Origin: Bilabrum cf. latius
Taxonomy: Eukaryota
Direction of reading: 5' to 3'
Assembly: GCA_965178125.1 (NCBI GenBank)
Contig: OZ237776.1
Coordinates: forward strand, 1-64,000
Length of the DNA: 64,000 nt
Positions 58,128 to 64,000 of the stretch are shown piece after piece. The notes under the pieces are model-generated. The model had not been told where the DNA came from, made no database searches, and saw only the letters and a list, made by a program, of their open reading frames with translations. A program made the position numbers and the translations under genes. Position 1 is the stretch's first letter, and each line of letters opens with the position of its first letter.

Positions 58128-60192
58128 TCACAGCTCGTCCTTGCCCTCGTCGTCCTCGTCCAGCTCGAACTCGTTGGTGGCGTTCTCCTCGATGAACTGC
58201 ACCATGGAATCCAGGTCCCGGCCGCCCTCGAAGTTCACGGCCTTCTTGTCCGCGCCGCCCTTGCCGGCGGGGAAGAACAGGATCGTGGGGAACCCGCGCA
58301 CGTTCACGCCGGGGTGCTCCACCTCGTTGGCGGTCGCGTCGATCTTGGCGATGGTCACGCCCTCCACGTCAGCGAACTTGGAGCCGAGCTTCTCGTACGT
58401 GGGCGCCAGCTGCTTGCAGTGCCCGCACCAGGGGGCGTAGAACTCGAGGAGCACGTCCTTGTCCTCGGCCAGCACGATGTCGGCGAAGGACTTGCCCTTG
58501 ACCACCACCACGTCTCCCTCGGTGTCCTCGGGGGTCACCTCCTCGGACTTGAGCACAGGCTTGAGCTCACCATCCAGGAACTTCTTGGCGAACCCGCTGA
58601 GGCCGCCTTCCTGGGTGACGTCTCCGTCGAAGGGAAACTTCTTCATGGGTGCATCGGCGGGCATGGATACGAGCACTGCCGCGGGCAGGTCGTCCTTGGT
58701 CACCTCGAAGTATCCCATGACGCGGTCCTCCTCCGGGGGCACGTGGATGGCCAGGATCTCGCCCTTGTGGGCCTTGCCCACGGCGGTCAGCTGGGCCAGC
58801 ACGGCCTCGTGGGTCTCCGTGTCGTCGTCGTCGGAGAAGACGAGGAAGTGGGTCTTGACGGGCCCACCGAAGATCTTGGGTGCGCTCTCCGGGGTGAACT
58901 TGACCACGGTGGGGAGGGAGGCGCCGCGCGCCCACGTCTCGATCGCGGAGGCGTCGTCCTCCTCGCCCTCGTAGTCGCTCCGGCCCTCGTCGAACTCGGT
59001 GTACATCACGATGGCGGGCGCCCGCACCTCGGCCTTCTTGGCGGCCTCCTCGTCGGCGATGATGGCGAAGTCCACGTCGTCCACGTTGGCGGCTGCCTCC
59101 AGGTACGCGGCGGCGGCGGCGTCCTTGGCTCCGTCCACGTCATGCACGTACGCCACGGCCACGGCGTCGCCACCGTTGGCCACGAACTTGGTCACGTCGG
59201 CGGCAGAGTTGAGCGTGGTGGCGGCGGGCCCGGAGTTCTTCTTGACCCATGCGGCGATGCCGGCGGCCTCGCGCGGGCCCTTGTACTCGCGGGCCTTGCC
59301 GCCCTTGAAGAACTTGAGGGTGGGGAATCCCTGCACCTCGAATCGAGAGGCGAGCTCCTTCTCCTCGGTGGCGTCCACCTTGGCGAGCGCTGCGTCGATG
59401 TCCTGCTTCTCCAGCATACCGGCGGCCTGGGAGTACTCGGGGGCAAGCTTCTTGCAGTGGCCGCACCAGGGAGCGTAGAACTCGACAAGGATGTTCTCGT
59501 TCTCGGCGATGGCGTCGTCAAAGTTGTCGTCCGTCAGGACGAGCACGCCGTCCTCCACGTCGGGAGCCTGCGAAAGAGGAAAGGGAGACAAAACAAAGAC
59601 AGGCGCGAGAGATACTTGAAAGCACGTTATCACTGCGTGACAGCAGCAAAGTGTAAGTTTGTGTGCCCCGATCAAATGGTATAGCCGACAAGCACAAGGG
59701 GAGCGGACATCACGGCAGGACGTGCTTCCACGTGCCCGCGTTTTCGATGCAATCTCCGCACTGTGCGGTTCCGGTTGGATGCCAATGTACCACTCAATCA
59801 ATTGATAATACTATACATTACATCGAAACACCGGCGGCTGAGGGACACTTGAAGCAACGCAGAAGACCTTGCGCACTTGCGGTTTCGAGCGCAAAGATCA
59901 CGGATCCGCGAAAGGGATGTCCCAAGTCTGTTCGTAACCAGAAACGCTAGATCCAACGGCACAGAGATTGAAAATGGGTGTACTACATACACCACCTCGG
60001 CAGCCCAGTGTTTCACTTGGCAGTCAAGGATGATGCTACACACGTTGCGTCGAGTGCTCGCACGAAGTGAAGCAACGCTTCATCCGCCAGATACAAGCAT
60101 CCTTCGCACAAAAGCCAACCATTGCACATTCTCACAGCATATACTGCCGACATCGCCACAGCTCCAGCGACAACTGCGAAGACCGTTCGCAT
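58128..60192 (-). CDS. PDI: Protein disulfide-isomerase (a-b-b'-a', ER-retained)
   Basis: Exon 1 60192-60136 encodes signal peptide MRTVFAVVAGAVAMSAVYA, intron 60135-59568, exon 2 59567-58128. Two FYAPWCGHCK sites and a C-terminal KDEL followed by TGA. Confidence 0.97.
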
Positions 60193-61151
60193 CTTGAGGG
60201 CAAAAACCTAGAATGGTGGGAGGCGCCACCGGCTCTAATGTACCGTGTGAATATGTTCAGAAAATCTGCTTAATGTCTGCATCGTTACGCCCGTGAACGT
60301 CGAATAGCGAAGAATCCACGGCCTTCCAGCTCAGGAAGCGCTTGTTTTATTGCTTTATTGAGTTGAAGTTTGTGTATAGCTGCGACCTGATCGGCTTCAG
60401 ATCAAGTCATATCGCAGCATTGGCGAAGCCTGGAGCCATCGCAACAGACCACTGCAAGGTGAGCCCATGTGCGACGCCGTGCCGGGTGAAATCGGCAAGG
60501 TCGCGAACAGGCATGCCTGCCAGTCGAGTGTAGATCGTGTTTTAATTAATTATGGTATTTATATTTGCGCTTCCGATGGATGTTTCTCGGCTAAACCGGA
60601 GGTCCCGACGTTGCTTCGGTTGGGGGCTGGTACAATCGCCCTCTGGCCTCCATAGAGACAAGGTGCCGCCTCTGCAATCCCGGTGCAGTCCATAGTGATC
60701 ACCTATCTGTTTGACTATTTGTTTGCTCTTCACCTCCTGGTCGGTCTCTCGTGGTTGGAAGCCATGAACGAAAAAAGGGCTCAGGTTCGATGTCGCTCCT
60801 TGGCCATTCAAATATCAAGGAAGGCCGAATTCAGAGGCGCCGCAATCTTCGGGGCAACAAGGCATAGTGTGCCTGTAGCTCAATCGAACTTTCGATATTC
60901 CTTTTGCGGTTGTCATCCGCGGTTCGTAGTGGGGGCCGACTGGGCGAAGACTTTCGGTTGATGGCGGCTTGCCCTGTCAACTCCTACTGCCCAGGCTTTG
61001 CGATCGGGCTATGGGCACACGGCCTGCAACAACTTGTGTGCACTTGCAGTAGCATTTGATACACTTGCCAAGCCGCTTCCTGACAACACGCTGTCACCGC
61101 CGTATCGCAGTGCTGAACAAGCAGGAGCCGAGCATTACACCGCTGTGAAAG

Positions 61152-64000
61152 ATGCCGAGGCGCAGAATCTTAGACCCCGACGAGGAAGATGAGGATTATA
61201 AAGGCGGAGGCGGCGCGGGAGCGGCCCCCATGGCCGCTGGCCCCTACGACCAGGACACACTCGCCCAGGCGCAGGCAGCCGGCGTGGACGGGTGAGCACT
61301 GGCACCAGCGCGCGCATTTGGCACGAAACATCTCTTCCGCGACCCCAGTACATCAGGACGACAGCCCATACCCACCATCGCTCCCCCACACCCCCTTCCC
61401 CCCGCAGCCGCCCCAAGCGCCAAAGGACGGGCAAGAGGAGATCCTACGCAGAGCCGGATTCGGACGACCTCGACGGAGACGACGACGATGAAGACGAAGA
61501 TGAGGACGAGGACGAATACGGCGCCCGCAAGGCAGCAGCTCCCAAGAAGCCCAAACAGCCCAAAGCCAAGAAACCGGCCGCCGCTGCCGCCGCCGCCGCG
61601 CAGGAAGAGGAGGAGGAGGAGCAATACGCGGCCCCCGTCCCCTCCCGTCTGGACGGCATCATCAGCCGCAGGTGGGTGGACCCCCACGAGGAGCTCCGCA
61701 GGGAACAGGCGGAGCGGCGGAGGGAGACGCACAGGTGGTCCCAGGAAGATGCCGAGCTCCCTGTGGCCGCCTCGAGGAGGGCCATGCAGCAGGCGGGTGT
61801 CCTGAGGGACCAGAGGGGGGCCGCCTTGAGCCAGCTGTAGCAGTCGCAGGTGCTGGTGCAGCAGTGGCAGCAGGAGGCCGAGCAGCGGGCCAGCACGCTG
61901 CCGGCACAGAAGCAGCAGATGGAGCAGCAGTTCGCAATGCAGATGCAGCAGCAGCAGAGCAATCTCCAGCAGCAGCTCCAGGTGATGGCACAGCAGGCGC
62001 AGCAAACCATGCCCCCAGACCAGGCCCAGGCCCAGATCCAGCAGATGCACCACCAGGCAGAGCAGCAGCTGCAGAACATCAACGCCGCCATGCAGCAGCA
62101 GCTGCAGCAGCAGCTCCAGAACATCGATGCATCGGCGCACCCCCCGGAGCTGGACCAGGCCAGGCAGCGGGAGGACGCACTGCAGAAGCACCTGCAGTCC
62201 ATTGACACGCAGATCGCGAGGATCGAGGCCAACCTGCCGGCCCAGCAGCAGGCCGCCAGCGAGGTGGCCAGCGGGTCCTCCTCTTCCTCCTCTTCGTCAG
62301 CTGCAGCCGCGGGCGGTCAGGCGCCCATGGACGGAAGCAGCGGCGCCGCAGCGGGCTCAGGCGCGGGCCCCGGCTCGCCCTCCCGCCAGGACAGCGGCGC
62401 CTCTGACCTCGCAGCGATGGACGAAGACGACGAGGTGGCTCAGGCCATGGTGATGTATCCCCGCGGGGTGCGTCCCCGGTTGCTGAGCGGCGGGACTGCA
62501 CCCTTCTGGCTGTACCTGGTCAAGCTGAAGGGCAGGTCCATGCAGCACTGCGAGTGGTGGACAAAGGAGGAGATCGAGGGGGACAAGCCGCCGTACGGGA
62601 GCGCTCGCCTGCGCAGGTTCGAGACCCGCTGCGGCAAGCTCGCGGAGGAGAGCGGGCTTCCCTTCGTGCAGGACCCCATCGAGCTGCAGCAGCACATCGA
62701 CCTCACGAGGGCCAAGGCCAAGGACGCGGCGTACGAGGCGAGGTTCCGCAGGTGGGAGCGGGAGGTGCAGGAGAAGCTGATGCCGGGGGCGAGCGAGCCC
62801 AGCGAGGAGCAGCTCGAGGAGGGCAGGCGACTGGCGAGGGCCGCCGGGGAGGCAGCCTCCAACGATGCGGTGGATCCCATCCTGGAGACTGCGCTGGCGA
62901 GCGTGCCCGAGTCCACCGAGCTCGAGGACCACGTGGAGGGCGGTGAGGGGCTGCAGCCGGAGTGCGTCTGGGCGATCGAGCCTCTTTCCTGTCCCGGGGT
63001 GATCCCCCGAGCCGGGGCTCACGGGGGGCTGGCCGCGTGGGAGGACGAGGAGAAGTCGAGGCAGCAGGAAGAGGAGGACAGGGTCTCGGGGGGGAGGGTC
63101 AAAACCGCGGCGCAAATCGCAGCTGCGGCAGCCCGCACCGCCCGGCCGGCCCCCGCGCCCTACTCCTACCTGCCCCCTTTGCCCCCCGCCACTGACACGG
63201 ACCACCTGCAGGCTATCGAGCAGAGGTGCATGGAGCTCACAATGCTGGACCTGCTTGACGCCATCGAGAGGACCAGGGTCGGTGGCCAGCCCGCGGGCTT
63301 CCCCTTCATGCAGCCGGTGGACCCCGAGCTGGACGGTGTTCCCCAGTACCACGAGCTCATTGACAAGCACCTGGAGGCATCCGACCTGGGGACCATCCGG
63401 GCGAGGCTGGAGGGCCGCACCAAGACGTACGAGGGAGTGCCGCTGCAGCCGTGGATCCCCAAAGGGGTGTCCGTGGAGGAGGCCCGGGCCATCGCCAAGG
63501 AAGACGCGGGCATGGACTGGAGCCCCCCACCAGGGGTGGCACCAAAGGGCCCGAGGAACCACCTCGCGGAGCAAGCCGCTGCTAGGCTGCCCCCCCTGGG
63601 GTCGTGCTCGGAGGTCAGGTATCCCAGCGCGCGGGCGGTGGCGCTTGACCTCGCCTGGGTATGGAGGTGCGCCCGTCGGTTCAACGCGGAGCCGGAAAAC
63701 GACGTCCGGGTCATGGCGGAGGCCCTCGCGACCGAGTTCAGGAGGCAGTGGGCGAGGGTGCAGAGGAGGCTCGGGGTGGTGGGCGGCAGGTTCGCCGACA
63801 TGTTCCCGCCCGGCGGCCCCCGCCGCGTGCTGGTCCGCTGGAAGGGAGTGCCCCCCGCAGAGGCCACTTGGGAGAGGGAGGAGGAGCTCGGGGAGGACGA
63901 CCTGGTTAGCGAGTGCGCCAGCGTGCAGGCGCGGCAGACCTGGGGCCCGAGGCCGCGGAGGAGGCAGTACCCCGCGGGTGCTGGCGCGCAGACGGTGTAC
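61152..64000 (+). CDS. Chromodomain plus bromodomain protein, probably a CHD-type remodeller (runs off the window)
   Basis: Exon 1 61152-61291, intron 61292-61407, then open to the window end except for TAG 61838, which sits at the start of a Gln-rich tract. Chromo motifs YLVKLKGRSMQHCEW and VLVRWKGVPPAEATWE. Bromodomain PFMQPVDP..VPQYHELI..DLGTIRARL..DLAWVWRCARRFN. Confidence 0.8.

Noticed and set aside
57864-59684. 606-aa plus-strand ORF, and similar long antisense ORFs such as 24876-27032, 36166-37716, 53809-54612 and 61244-62191
   Set aside because: Shadow ORFs produced by high GC3 opposite recognisable genes; no domain signal.
1-64000. tRNA (including a CUA-anticodon tRNA-Gln) or rRNA genes
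   Set aside because: No cloverleaf or rRNA-like sequence was recognised by eye; tRNAscan-SE would be needed to exclude them.

Overview
Gene-dense, GC-rich eukaryotic (protist-like) nuclear DNA with short GT-AG introns. The main result is a non-standard genetic code: TAG is a sense codon, almost certainly Gln, while TAA and TGA still terminate genes. Read that way, the fragmented ORF track resolves into about 13 coherent genes. These are a secreted glycoside-hydrolase-like protein, a cytochrome b561 protein, a CDPK, a ~5,845-aa kinase, a ~4,320-aa FG-GAP/IPT-TIG multi-pass membrane protein, an ankyrin protein, a BET-type bromodomain protein, head-to-head RPL10 and RPL15, a DHHC palmitoyltransferase, PDI, the start of a chromo/bromo (CHD-like) protein and a hypothetical membrane protein. 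There is also an intact pogo-type DD35D DNA transposon (41558-45199) with perfect 24-bp TIRs, TT rather than TA flanks, and a transposase that itself needs TAG read-through. A second signal is a set of short DNA words (CACTCGTCACAC, TCCACCGGTGGA, GATGCATCGCAC, CAGGGAACA) that are strongly over-represented inside the long coding regions; CACTCGTCACAC occurs on both strands and in several frames. All translations, exon boundaries and counts were done by eye, and no database search was run.
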